A stretch of 32,000 nucleotides of DNA from Candidatus Saccharibacteria bacterium oral taxon 488 (GTDB lineage: Bacteria; Patescibacteriota; Saccharimonadia; Saccharimonadales; Saccharimonadaceae): assembly GCA_010202845.1 (NCBI GenBank), contig CP047921.1, positions 690,001 to 722,000 on the forward strand, in the 5' to 3' direction. Shown here piece after piece: positions 6,370 through 14,744 of this stretch. The translations under genes and the position numbers were made by a program. Under the pieces are notes generated by a model. The model was not told where the DNA came from. It saw nothing but the letters and a program-made list of their open reading frames with translations, and did not search any database. Every line of letters starts with the position of its first letter. The stretch's first letter is position 1.

Positions 6370-8211
6370 CTACAGTCCCAACTCCTTTATCTGCGCTGAA
6401 TCAACCGTTGATGGCGAATCCATCATCACGTCAACGCCCGAGCCGTTCTTTGGAAAGGCCAAGGTTTCGCGGACGTTCGTTTCGTTAATGAGCTCCATGA
6501 GGATGCGGTCGACGCCAAAGGCACAGCCAGCGTGCGGCGGTGCACCGTATTTGAAGGCGTTGAGCATAGCACCAAACTTTTCCTCGACGTAGCTTTCACT
6601 AAAGCCAAGTAGGTCAAATACTTTGTACAGCACCGCCGGGTTGTGGTTGCGCACGCCACCGGAGCAAATTTCGTAGCCGTTCATCACCATGTCGAATTGG
6701 TCAGCCACGATGGCCAGTTTTTCGGCATCGGTCGTCGCCGATTCCAGCACCTCTAGTCCGCCCTTTGGCATACCGAATGGGTTATGACCAAAATCAAGTT
6801 TCTTGTCATGGTCGTCCCATTCATAGAATGGAAAGTCGATAATCCAAGCCAGGGCTACCTCATCCGATTTTTTCAGGTCGAAGTGAGCAGCAAATTCGTT
6901 TCGCAGGCGACCAAGCACAGTGTTAACGACTGGGCGAGTGTCGGCACCGAAGAATATAACATCACCATCCTCAGGATTCATCTTCTCTATAAGTAATCTA
7001 TGTTCTTCGTCCGACAAGTATTTTGCCACTGGCGAAATCGCATCATAGCCATAAAAGTTACTACCAACAACCGGGATCGTATAACCCTGCGCCTCGTCTG
7101 CATTTTTGATTGTCACGTACTTGATGTAAGCCAAACCGCCCGCCCCTTCACTTTTGGCAATGTCAGTAAACTGGTCGATTTGCTTGCGGCTCAAACTAGC
7201 GCCGTTTTTCACGCAAATCGCCTTGATGCACTCAGCGTTTTTGAACACGCCAAACTCGGTATTGGCGAACACGTCGGTCAGCTTAATCAGTTCCATGCCA
7301 AAACGCAAATCCGGCTTGTCCGAGCCGTAGGTCTCCATGGCGTCGCGGTAAGAAATCCGCGGAATTGGACTACCGTCACCAACCGCGAGACCGCTCAAGT
7401 CCAGCAACTTTTTGCCAGCAAACTCAGTCGCTAGCTGCCGCATCAATGGCTCGACTTCCCGGCGAACCACCTCACCGTCTTCAACAAAGCTCATCTCCAG
7501 GTCTAGCTGATAAAACTCACCGTACAGTCGATCAGCTCGCGGATCTTCATCGCGGAAACACGCCGCCAGCTGGTAATACCGCGGCACGCCGCCAACCATC
7601 AGCAGCTGCTTGAACTGCTGGGGTGCTTGCGGCAAAGCGTAAAACTTATTTTCCTGCAAACGGCTCGGAATGAGGAAATCACGCGCGCCCTCGGGGCTGG
7701 AATTTGCCAAAATCGGCGTCTGAATCTCGATGAAGTCGCGGTCGTCCATATACTGATGCATCCGGCGGTACATTTCAGCGCGTTTTTTCAGCATCTCCTG
7801 CATCTTCGGCCGGCGCAAGTCGAGATAGCGATATTTGAAACGCAAATCCTCACCCGCCTGGTTTTCTTCGGCAAATGGTTGGATCGGCAAGGTTTCAGCT
7901 CGGTTGAGAATTTCCAGATTTTCCACCACAATTTCCACATTACCACTGGCAATATTTGGATTTTTCAAACCTTCGCCACGCTCCGTCACCACGCCGCTAG
8001 CACGAACGACAAACTCATCACGCAGGCTTTCCGCCAGACGAAACGCTTCCGCCTGCTCGGGATTAATCACCAACTGTACCAAGCCGGTATGGTCACGCAT
8101 GTCAATAAAAATCAGCCCGCCGTGATCGCGCCGGGAATGCACCCAGCCAGCCACTGTCATCATTTCCCCAACACTATCAGGGGTATGTATCGCCAAAACT
8201 CTCTTTTTCAT
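6370..8211 (-). CDS. aspS: Aspartate--tRNA ligase (bacterial type with insertion domain)
   Basis: N-terminal OB fold 'VAGWVHSRRDHGGLIFIDMRD', class II motif 2 'CFRDEDPRADR', motif 3 'GAPPHAGCAFGVDRI'. 613 aa. Confidence 0.95.
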   Translation of the reverse strand: MKKRVLAIHTPDSVGEMMTVAGWVHSRRDHGGLIFIDMRDHTGLVQLVINPEQAEAFRLAESLRDEFVVRASGVVTERGEGLKNPNIASGNVEIVVENLEILNRAETLPIQPFAEENQAGEDLRFKYRYLDLRRPKMQEMLKKRAEMYRRMHQYMDDRDFIEIQTPILANSSPEGARDFLIPSRLQENKFYALPQAPQQFKQLLMVGGVPRYYQLAACFRDEDPRADRLYGEFYQLDLEMSFVEDGEVVRREVEPLMRQLATEFAGKKLLDLSGLAVGDGSPIPRISYRDAMETYGSDKPDLRFGMELIKLTDVFANTEFGVFKNAECIKAICVKNGASLSRKQIDQFTDIAKSEGAGGLAYIKYVTIKNADEAQGYTIPVVGSNFYGYDAISPVAKYLSDEEHRLLIEKMNPEDGDVIFFGADTRPVVNTVLGRLRNEFAAHFDLKKSDEVALAWIIDFPFYEWDDHDKKLDFGHNPFGMPKGGLEVLESATTDAEKLAIVADQFDMVMNGYEICSGGVRNHNPAVLYKVFDLLGFSESYVEEKFGAMLNAFKYGAPPHAGCAFGVDRILMELINETNVRETLAFPKNGSGVDVMMDSPSTVDSAQIKELGL

Positions 8212-8218
8212 ATCTGTT

Positions 8219-8227
8219 ATTATAGCA
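8219..8227 (-). promoter_or_regulatory. Extended -10 TGcTATAAT, 7 nt upstream of the aspS ATG 8211, containing the ruvB TAA stop
   Basis: The reverse complement of 8219-8227 is TGCTATAAT. The ruvB stop TAA (8222-8220) forms nucleotides 3-5 of the hexamer. Confidence 0.5.
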
Positions 8228-9218
8228 TATTGATGTGTTTTTTCGCCTTCGGCGTCACCCGCCGACCACGCGGCGTACGCTCAATAAAGCCAATTTGTAG
8301 CAAATACGGCTCATAAAAATCCTCAATCGTCGTCGCTTCGTCACCTGTCAGCGCAGCAATGGTCGTCAGCCCCACCGGATTATCACCATAATTTTCCAGA
8401 ATTGACTGTAGTAAATTGCGGTCGGCTGGGTCCAATCCCAGCTCGTCCACTTCCAACATTTCCAAGGCGCTCGTTGTCGTTTTCACATCAATTATCCCAT
8501 CACCGTTGACGTCAGCGTAGTCGCGTACGCGCTTGAGTAGGCGGTTAGCGATGCGCGGTGTCAAGCGGGCTCGTGTTGACAACAAGTTCGCCGCTTCATG
8601 CCGAATCGACGATTCCAGGATGGCTGCACTCCGCGTCACAATTTTAGCAATGTCCTCTGGCTCGTAAAATTCCAAGCGGTAAATATGTCCAAACCGATCG
8701 CGCAGCGGCGCCGCCAGACTGCCTGTCCGCGTCGTCGCACCAATCACCGTAAACCGCGGCAGATCCAACCGAATTGACCGAGCTGCCGGGCCCTTGCCGA
8801 TGACGATATCCAGCTTGAAATCTTCCATCGCCGAATATAAAATCTCTTCCACCGCCCGGCCGAGCCGATGAATCTCATCAATGAACAAAATATCGCCGTC
8901 TGCCAAATTGGTCAAAATTGACGCCAAGTCGCCGGCTTTCTCAATGGCCGGGCCGCTAGTGATGCGTAAGTTTGTCCCCATCTCATTAGCGATCACCGTC
9001 GCCATCGTCGTCTTACCCAGCCCTGGCGGACCGTAAAGCAGCACATGATCCAGCGGCTCGCTACGCTTCTTTGCCGCTTCAATTGCCAAGCACAAATTAC
9101 GCTTCAACCGCTCCTGACCAACATACTCACTAAAACTCTGCGGGCGCAGACTGACTTCAATCCGCTGCTCCTCGGCGTCATCGTGCGGACTAGTATCGAC
9201 TATTCTTTGAATTGCCAT
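8220..9218 (-). CDS. ruvB: Holliday junction branch-migration ATPase RuvB
   Basis: '[16 protein letters not shown]', Walker A 'GPPGLGKTT', Walker B 'ILFIDEIHR', sensor 'TLIGATTR'-like '[10 protein letters not shown]'. Confidence 0.95.
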   Translation of the reverse strand: MAIQRIVDTSPHDDAEEQRIEVSLRPQSFSEYVGQERLKRNLCLAIEAAKKRSEPLDHVLLYGPPGLGKTTMATVIANEMGTNLRITSGPAIEKAGDLASILTNLADGDILFIDEIHRLGRAVEEILYSAMEDFKLDIVIGKGPAARSIRLDLPRFTVIGATTRTGSLAAPLRDRFGHIYRLEFYEPEDIAKIVTRSAAILESSIRHEAANLLSTRARLTPRIANRLLKRVRDYADVNGDGIIDVKTTTSALEMLEVDELGLDPADRNLLQSILENYGDNPVGLTTIAALTGDEATTIEDFYEPYLLQIGFIERTPRGRRVTPKAKKHINML

Positions 9219-9224
9219 AAACTA

Positions 9225-9233
9225 ATTATATCA
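9225..9233 (-). promoter_or_regulatory. Extended -10 TGaTATAAT, 6 nt upstream of the ruvB ATG 9218
   Basis: The reverse complement of 9225-9233 is TGATATAAT. No SD. Confidence 0.55.
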
Positions 9234-9249
9234 TCCACAGCGGAGCGCA

Positions 9250-9735
9250 CTAATCTCTCGTAAGCCGACTACGCAGCGCCTGCATAATTTCACAAAACAT
9301 CTCGTCGCTCACCGTGTGTACTGCATCCTCTAAATGCCGCGGCCATTTTGGATCAGGAAATTCCTCACCAGCAAAGGTGGTTCCACCGAGATAGCGCGGA
9401 TACAAATGCCAGTGCACGTGCGTTGGCCGACCAGCCTTCACTGCATTATTCATCAGGCATTCCCAGTTACACACATCGGCGCCAAACGCTGCTTTGACTG
9501 CCTGCTCAATTTGACGAATCACCTGATGCAGCTCCGTCCAATCTACCTCATCCAGCTCCGACAATGTCTGCTTGTGCTGGCGCAGAGTGATAAATGACTT
9601 ACCCAAATAGCACTGATTCTTGTCAAGCACCGCCACCCAACGTTCAGTCTGCAATATGACATTGTCGTCAGCCGCCGTCTGACCAACGAGCAGCGGACAG
9701 ATTCCACATTCTTTCTTTGTCGCGCATGTATTCAT
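9250..9735 (-). CDS. HIT-family nucleotide hydrolase/transferase
   Basis: Histidine triad 'THVHWHLYPRY' (HxHxHxx). N-terminal Cys cluster C4/C10/C13. GGAGG SD and TGgTATAAT upstream. Confidence 0.8.
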   Translation of the reverse strand: MNTCATKKECGICPLLVGQTAADDNVILQTERWVAVLDKNQCYLGKSFITLRQHKQTLSELDEVDWTELHQVIRQIEQAVKAAFGADVCNWECLMNNAVKAGRPTHVHWHLYPRYLGGTTFAGEEFPDPKWPRHLEDAVHTVSDEMFCEIMQALRSRLTRD

Positions 9736-9752
9736 GATGCCTCCTAGTATGA

Positions 9753-9761
9753 ATTATACCA
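9753..9761 (-). promoter_or_regulatory. Extended -10 TGgTATAAT upstream of the HIT gene (leadered, with GGAGG SD)
   Basis: The reverse complement of 9753-9761 is TGGTATAAT, followed by tcatactaGGAGGcatcATG. Confidence 0.55.
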
Positions 9762-9800
9762 CTTGGCGAGGAGTGTCTGTCCACAATCCGTACCATATTA

Positions 9801-9829
9801 TTGCATAATTATAAATTATATTTTATAAT
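9801..9829 (+). promoter_or_regulatory. Promoter of the metzincin-like gene: TTGCAT-17-TATAAT, 10 nt to ATG 9840
   Basis: -35 at 9801-9806, -10 at 9824-9829. No SD. Confidence 0.65.
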
Positions 9830-9839
9830 TGTTATCGTT

Positions 9840-11177
9840 ATGAGCGAAAAGAGCAGCATGTCGACTAGTGATAAACCGAAAGAACTGCCATTACGAGTAA
9901 GAGTTCCGTGTGTAATACTAGGCGGGATAATAGGAGGGGTGACGGGTTTTGTGGGTTATAACCATATAGCTCATCGTAGCCCTAAACCTCAACCTGCAAC
10001 TGCAACCGCAATAATAACCGAAACCGTTCAGCCGGCTGAGCCGCTAGAGACACAGGGGCCATTTAGCCTGCCTGATATTCAACCTGTTATTATCACCGAC
10101 TCCTCAACAACAGAACAACATGTTGCCGAAGTAAGCAAACGCGCAAGAGCAGAACTTGATAGAGCCGAAGACATCCTAGCTACCACCATGGACGTCTCCA
10201 AGAGCACCGTTTATGAAGCAGTAACCATGCCAATGGATGAACAGCCAATTGATCCAGAAACAAAAAAGCCCTGCCCCCCTGTCGAAAAGATACGAGAAGT
10301 AGCCAATAAAATCCCCTCCCTCGGCGGTACAGCGATTCGCTATTTTATCCTGCCACCTCATTTATGCAACAACAATCAGTTCGGCGCCTACGCCCAATAT
10401 CACACACGAGACATCGTCACAAGATCAGACAATATGAATATCATCAACTCTGGCGTTATTATGCACGAAGCCGGACATTTGTTTGGACTGCCACACGTAA
10501 GAAGGTTGAGAATTGAACACCCAGACCTAAAAGATGAGGAATGGCATAATATCAAACCAGAAGATTACGATATTACCAATGATTTGCGAAATGGTTACGG
10601 TCAATTCCCTATGCAAGCAAATGGCAGCATCGATCCAGCATCCGGGAAAACAAGTGTCATGGGCTATCATTACGAAATTAACAGCTGGTGTCTTACGCAT
10701 GGAAGTTGTACTCACGTCTATAATGGACCCGAAAGAAACAAGCTCGACGGTGAAAAATTCCCGATCCGTGACGTTGACCCAGCAACATTGCGAGAGACTC
10801 CCGTTGACCTCGTAGTGTCTCCTGAGGCGCGCAATATTCAAGGTATCCGCGTTCCTGTGCCAGAAGATCATCCAATCCGCCACATTCGTGGCTGCGAGTC
10901 AGTCACCCATATTATCATTGGCGTTGATCACTTATATTATTCGGCCATCAACGGTAGCCCAGGCTTCACAACGTATGTTGTTGCCGTTGATCAGGACGAT
11001 AACCTCATTGAGATAGACGCACCGAAATTTGAAGAGTTGGCGTACTCGCCAACAGTATCAGATGAATTATTTGGTGAAAAACCGCAATATATCTACAATG
11101 ATAGTATGCTAGGCATCAGCGTTACCGCACGGCTTGTCAATAAGCAGGCTGTGCTGCGTATGACAGCGTTTAAGTGA
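9840..11177 (+). CDS. Membrane-anchored metzincin-like zinc metallopeptidase (hypothetical)
   Basis: 'HEAGHLFGLPH' = HEXXHXXGXXH at 10464-10496. Met-turn-like 'SVMGY' at 10653-10667. N-terminal TM 'VPCVILGGIIGGVTGFVGY'. Start placed at ATG 9840, 10 nt after a TTGCAT-17-TATAAT promoter. Confidence 0.65.
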   Translation: MSEKSSMSTSDKPKELPLRVRVPCVILGGIIGGVTGFVGYNHIAHRSPKPQPATATAIITETVQPAEPLETQGPFSLPDIQPVIITDSSTTEQHVAEVSKRARAELDRAEDILATTMDVSKSTVYEAVTMPMDEQPIDPETKKPCPPVEKIREVANKIPSLGGTAIRYFILPPHLCNNNQFGAYAQYHTRDIVTRSDNMNIINSGVIMHEAGHLFGLPHVRRLRIEHPDLKDEEWHNIKPEDYDITNDLRNGYGQFPMQANGSIDPASGKTSVMGYHYEINSWCLTHGSCTHVYNGPERNKLDGEKFPIRDVDPATLRETPVDLVVSPEARNIQGIRVPVPEDHPIRHIRGCESVTHIIIGVDHLYYSAINGSPGFTTYVVAVDQDDNLIEIDAPKFEELAYSPTVSDELFGEKPQYIYNDSMLGISVTARLVNKQAVLRMTAFK

Positions 11178-11182
11178 TAAGA

Positions 11183-11761
11183 TCACTTCTTCAGCGCCTC
11201 GGTCACCCGCTGTGCCGTCGGCAGATTGACATCGATATTTTCCAGCGCCTTCGTGGCGTCAGCCAAGGTGTAGCCCAGCGCCATCAGCGCCTCTAACGCT
11301 TCGTCGGAAGTATTCAATTCAGTTTGGACTGGCGCGGCCGCTCGGCCGTACTGCGTCGGTAGGCCAACTTTATCGCTCAAATCAACCACCACGCGCTCAG
11401 CGGTTTTTTTGCCGACACCAGCAGCTTTTTGCACAAACGCACTGTCAGCGTTGGCAATGGCATTGCGTACGTGCTCTGCATCACCGAGGCTGAGAATTGC
11501 CAACGCTGCTTTCGGACCGACACCCTGAACCGTGATGAGCATTTCAAACAGCTTCTTTGCCGCCAGACTCGAAAAACCGAATAGCTCCTCCGCCTGCTCG
11601 CGCACATGATGATAGGTGTAAAACTTAGCGTCTTGACTGAGCGCCACCGCCTCGAAATCACCAGCCGACACGCTCACTTCATAACCGACGCCGTGAACGT
11701 CAATCACGATGCTGCCCGCGCCAAACTTTTCAGCGATCGTACCAGAGAGATGGGCGATCAC
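11183..11761 (-). CDS. ruvA: Holliday junction DNA helicase subunit RuvA
   Basis: 'MIAHLSGTIAEK...VIDVHGVGYEV' and HhH motifs 'LITVQGVGPKAALAIL' and 'KAAGVGKKTAERVV'. GTG start overlaps the PBP stop (GTGA). Confidence 0.9.
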   Translation of the reverse strand: MIAHLSGTIAEKFGAGSIVIDVHGVGYEVSVSAGDFEAVALSQDAKFYTYHHVREQAEELFGFSSLAAKKLFEMLITVQGVGPKAALAILSLGDAEHVRNAIANADSAFVQKAAGVGKKTAERVVVDLSDKVGLPTQYGRAAAPVQTELNTSDEALEALMALGYTLADATKALENIDVNLPTAQRVTEALKK

Positions 11762-14184
11762 GGTCGTCTGTCTCCGCCGCCCGGAGGATTGGTTGGGCCG
11801 GGCGAGGTGCCGCCACTGCCACCACCCGAACCGCCACCGCTGCCACCGCCACTGCCATTACCGCCACCTGGATTTTGATCGTCATCACCGGTACTGCCAC
11901 ACGACGCAGTCTTTCGCGAATGTTTCGTCGCATCAAATTTGTCTTCGCTGATGGTGATGAGCCGCTTGGTGGCTAGGTCACAGACAGTGATCTGCTTAGT
12001 GGTGGACGTTTGCCGACAATCAGCAGCGTTCTTGGAATATTTAGCGGCATCAAATTGATCTTCAAAAATTGACTCCATTTGCTTGGTGGCGAGGTTACAC
12101 ACCTCAATCTTTGGCTTGGTCTGATCACATTTCTCGGTCGGGAGGGCGTTTGAAAGGAAGTATTCTTTGTAAGCACCGGGGCTGGAATCGTCAGCCAGAC
12201 CACCGTTGCTACTACACACACTCCGCTGGACAACGCCGTTTGGCACATCAAAACCAGTTTTCGCGCCCGCCAGCAGCTTGGTCATTGTCGCCCGCCAAAT
12301 TGGTGCTGCCACATCCGAGCCACCGCTGTTCATGACTTTATTGTTGTTATTGCCGACCCACACGCCGACAGCATATTGCGGCGTATAGCCAATCGTCCAG
12401 GCATCGCGGTTATCATTGGTGGTACCCGTCTTGACAGCGACCGTTTTACCGCCCACCGTCAGGCTACTACCAAACATCCCTGCCCGCGCGGCATTGTCCG
12501 ACAGGATGCTAGAGATGAGATAGGCACCGCTCTGGCTGATAGCTTGGCGTGTGTTCGCTGCTTTCCACGAAACGTTTTTGTTGAATTTGTCCTTGACTTC
12601 GGTGATAAGATTGAGCGATTCGTACTGCGTACCGCCATTGGCAAAGGCCGCGTAGGCGTTAGTCATCTCGCTCAGGCGCACCTCGGCCGAACCAAGCGCC
12701 AGTGACAATCCGTAATTTTTGTTTTCATCAAGGGTGCTAATGCCGAGTTTCTTAGCGGCTTGGATGGAACGATTGATGCCGTACTTTTGCATGATCAGAA
12801 CGCTCGGTATGTTCAGCGACCAGCTGAGCGACTTGCGCGTCGTCACCTTGCCGTTCCAGCGACGGGTGGCATTGTACGGTACGTAGCCATTAAAGTCGGT
12901 TAATTTATCATCAAAAACTGTCGCCGGCGTAATGATGCCGTCAGCCATCGCCTGCGCATAATACAGCGGCTTGAAGCTCGAGCCAGGCTGACGCGGCGTG
13001 GTCACCATGTTGACCTTACCCCACTCGGCATTATTGTAATCAGCGCTGCCGACCAGTGCCCGCACCTCGCCGGTTTTTGGATCAATGACGATACCACTGG
13101 CGTTAGTGCCACCGAGGCGATTGATTTGCTTCATTTGTTTGGCGATATTTTCTTGGAGGAGATGCTGGGTGTCGAGATTCAGCGAGGTCTTGACGCGGTA
13201 GCCCGAGCGCATAACTTTTTCGTAACCGTATTTGTCACTGAGCTGTTTGATGACCATCTCGGCAAAATGCGGTGCTTCGGAATTTGTGTGAGCCGCACCG
13301 CCGCCAGTATATGCCAGCTGTGTGGCTTCTGCCTGCCGCTTCTGCTCCTCGGTGATAAAGCCTTCAGTCTGCATTCGACCGAGCACCGTCTTTTGGCGCT
13401 GCTTGGCGTATTCGGCATTACCGCTGATCGGCGAATAGCGACTTGGTGCCGGCAGCACGCCAACTAGCATGCTACTCTCAGCCAGTGTCAAATCCTTCGG
13501 CGATTTATTGAAATACACCTTGGCCGCCTCCTCAATACCAAAGGCGTTTTCACCAAAGTACACCGAGTTGAGGTACATCATCAAGATCTGCTCTTTGCTA
13601 TAATTTTGCTCGATGGCGATGGCCATAAATAACTCTTGGTATTTGCGCATAAAGCTGTGTTCATTGCTGAGTAAATTATTCTTAACCAACTGTTGCGTCA
13701 AGGTCGACCCACCACCATGCCGAGTAATCGCTGCCCGGAAAATACTGAAGATATTAAAGCCGCTGTGCTTATAAAAATCCTTATCCTCGCTAGCGATCAG
13801 CGCCTTTTTCATATTCTCAGAGATATCGTTAAGCTGCACCAAGTTCCGCCGCTCGGCATTGCCAACGCTATAAATCACCTTATCCTTGGCGTCGGTCAGC
13901 ACGATACCGGTATTGTTGCGGTTCATCAGCCGCTCCTGATCAGCGATGTCGCGCGCATAGTAAAGATAGCTGGCAATCGGCACGATGATCAAAAACAGTA
14001 GAATCGGCAGCAGACACACCATAATTTTTTTCGGCCGGCTCAGCCGCCAAAACCACAAAAAGTGTTTGTGTTGACGCGGTAATTTACCGGATTTCGCCTT
14101 GACTTGACCGAGATTGGCATACCGACCCATGTGCGGCGGCTGCTTCTTTATCGGAGCTCGTTTTCCCTTGCCTAATTGCACCAT
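11758..14184 (-). CDS. Class A penicillin-binding protein (GT51 glycosyltransferase plus transpeptidase) with a novel C-terminal extension
   Basis: GT51 motifs 'EDKDFYKHSGFN' and 'GGSTLTQQLVKN'. Transpeptidase motifs 'SSFKP' (SxxK), 'SLN' and 'KTGTT'. N-terminal TM anchor. C-terminus carries 2 Cys-bracketed repeats and a Gly/Ser/Pro tail. Confidence 0.9.
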   Translation of the reverse strand: MVQLGKGKRAPIKKQPPHMGRYANLGQVKAKSGKLPRQHKHFLWFWRLSRPKKIMVCLLPILLFLIIVPIASYLYYARDIADQERLMNRNNTGIVLTDAKDKVIYSVGNAERRNLVQLNDISENMKKALIASEDKDFYKHSGFNIFSIFRAAITRHGGGSTLTQQLVKNNLLSNEHSFMRKYQELFMAIAIEQNYSKEQILMMYLNSVYFGENAFGIEEAAKVYFNKSPKDLTLAESSMLVGVLPAPSRYSPISGNAEYAKQRQKTVLGRMQTEGFITEEQKRQAEATQLAYTGGGAAHTNSEAPHFAEMVIKQLSDKYGYEKVMRSGYRVKTSLNLDTQHLLQENIAKQMKQINRLGGTNASGIVIDPKTGEVRALVGSADYNNAEWGKVNMVTTPRQPGSSFKPLYYAQAMADGIITPATVFDDKLTDFNGYVPYNATRRWNGKVTTRKSLSWSLNIPSVLIMQKYGINRSIQAAKKLGISTLDENKNYGLSLALGSAEVRLSEMTNAYAAFANGGTQYESLNLITEVKDKFNKNVSWKAANTRQAISQSGAYLISSILSDNAARAGMFGSSLTVGGKTVAVKTGTTNDNRDAWTIGYTPQYAVGVWVGNNNNKVMNSGGSDVAAPIWRATMTKLLAGAKTGFDVPNGVVQRSVCSSNGGLADDSSPGAYKEYFLSNALPTEKCDQTKPKIEVCNLATKQMESIFEDQFDAAKYSKNAADCRQTSTTKQITVCDLATKRLITISEDKFDATKHSRKTASCGSTGDDDQNPGGGNGSGGGSGGGSGGGSGGTSPGPTNPPGGGDRRP
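11809..11868 (-). repeat. Gly/Ser low-complexity coding tract (GGGNGS-GGGS-GGGS-GGGS-GG), imperfect 12-bp periodicity
   Basis: The plus strand reads ccgccactgcca/ccacccgaaccg/ccaccgctgcca/ccgccactgcca-like units. It forms the extreme C-terminal tail of the PBP. Confidence 0.8.
11899..12108 (-). repeat. Two 31-aa Cys-bracketed repeats in the PBP C-terminal extension
   Basis: IEVCNLATKQMESIFEDQFDAAKYSKNAADC and ITVCDLATKRLITISEDKFDATKHSRKTASC, separated by 8 aa. Confidence 0.85.
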
Positions 14185-14190
14185 GTATCA

Positions 14191-14199
14191 ATTATACCA
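14191..14199 (-). promoter_or_regulatory. Extended -10 TGgTATAAT, 6 nt upstream of the PBP ATG 14184, containing the ruvC TAA stop
   Basis: The reverse complement of 14191-14199 is TGGTATAAT. The ruvC stop TAA (14194-14192) forms nucleotides 3-5 of the hexamer. Confidence 0.5.
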
Positions 14200-14674
14200 C
14201 GCTGGGGCGCGTCATCGCTGCGTGGGTGATGGCCGCCGCCAGCGCATCGGCGCAGTCATCTGGTTTTGGTGCTTGGCTGAGGCCTAAGTTGAGGCGCACC
14301 ATTTCCTGAATCTGCTTTTTGTCAGCCTTGCCGTAGCCAGTCAGCGTCTGTTTGATCTGTAGCGGTGTGTATTCACTGATCACGAGGCCTGCCTTGTGTC
14401 CAGTCAGCATGGCCACGCCACGAGCATGGGCCACAGAAATAGCAGTGGTGACATTACGCGCAAAAAACAACTTTTCAATTGACATCACCTCAGGTCTGGT
14501 CTCAGCGATGATCTCCGTCAGGCCATCAAAAATCTCCGCCAGCCGCTCGTCCAGTGGCGTGTGCGCTGGCGTCTTGATCACACCAGCCGTCACCAGCCGG
14601 TAGCCGCCCCGCTTCGTGTCAATCACACCAAAGCCCAAGATACCAGTCCCCGGATCAATGCCAATAATTCTCAT
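14192..14674 (-). CDS. ruvC: Crossover junction endodeoxyribonuclease RuvC
   Basis: 'MRIIGIDPGTGILGFGVI', 'SIEKLFF', 'DCADALAAAITHA'. Start placed at ATG 14674 because TGcTATAAT ends 6 nt upstream. The ORF track starts at 14704. Confidence 0.9.
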   Translation of the reverse strand: MRIIGIDPGTGILGFGVIDTKRGGYRLVTAGVIKTPAHTPLDERLAEIFDGLTEIIAETRPEVMSIEKLFFARNVTTAISVAHARGVAMLTGHKAGLVISEYTPLQIKQTLTGYGKADKKQIQEMVRLNLGLSQAPKPDDCADALAAAITHAAMTRPSVV

Positions 14675-14680
14675 GCGTTT

Positions 14681-14689
14681 ATTATAGCA
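14681..14689 (-). promoter_or_regulatory. Extended -10 TGcTATAAT, 6 nt upstream of the ruvC ATG 14674
   Basis: The reverse complement of 14681-14689 is TGCTATAAT. No SD. Confidence 0.6.
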
Positions 14690-14744
14690 CCCGGCCGGTG
14701 ACAATAATTAATGCGAGGGCCACCTCGACGAGCTACTCACCAAA

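Noticed and set aside
7627-8316. 229-aa plus-strand ORF spanning the aspS/ruvB junction (plus 7000-7434, 7365-7613, 7835-8125)
   Set aside because: They lie opposite two strongly supported housekeeping genes, have no recognisable motifs, and would cross an intergenic junction. These are shadow ORFs.
11172-11188. Hairpin AAGTGAT-aag-ATCACTT embedding both convergent stop codons (metzincin-like gene and ruvA)
   Set aside because: The stem is only 7 bp, AT-rich, with a 3-nt loop and no flanking U-tract on either strand. It is too weak to call a terminator and may be coincidental.
11606-11878. Pro-rich plus-strand ORF ending '...PPLPPPEPPPLPPPLPLPPPGF'
   Set aside because: It is the mirror image of the Gly/Ser-rich tail of the PBP on the minus strand and overlaps ruvA. 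It is a low-complexity artefact.
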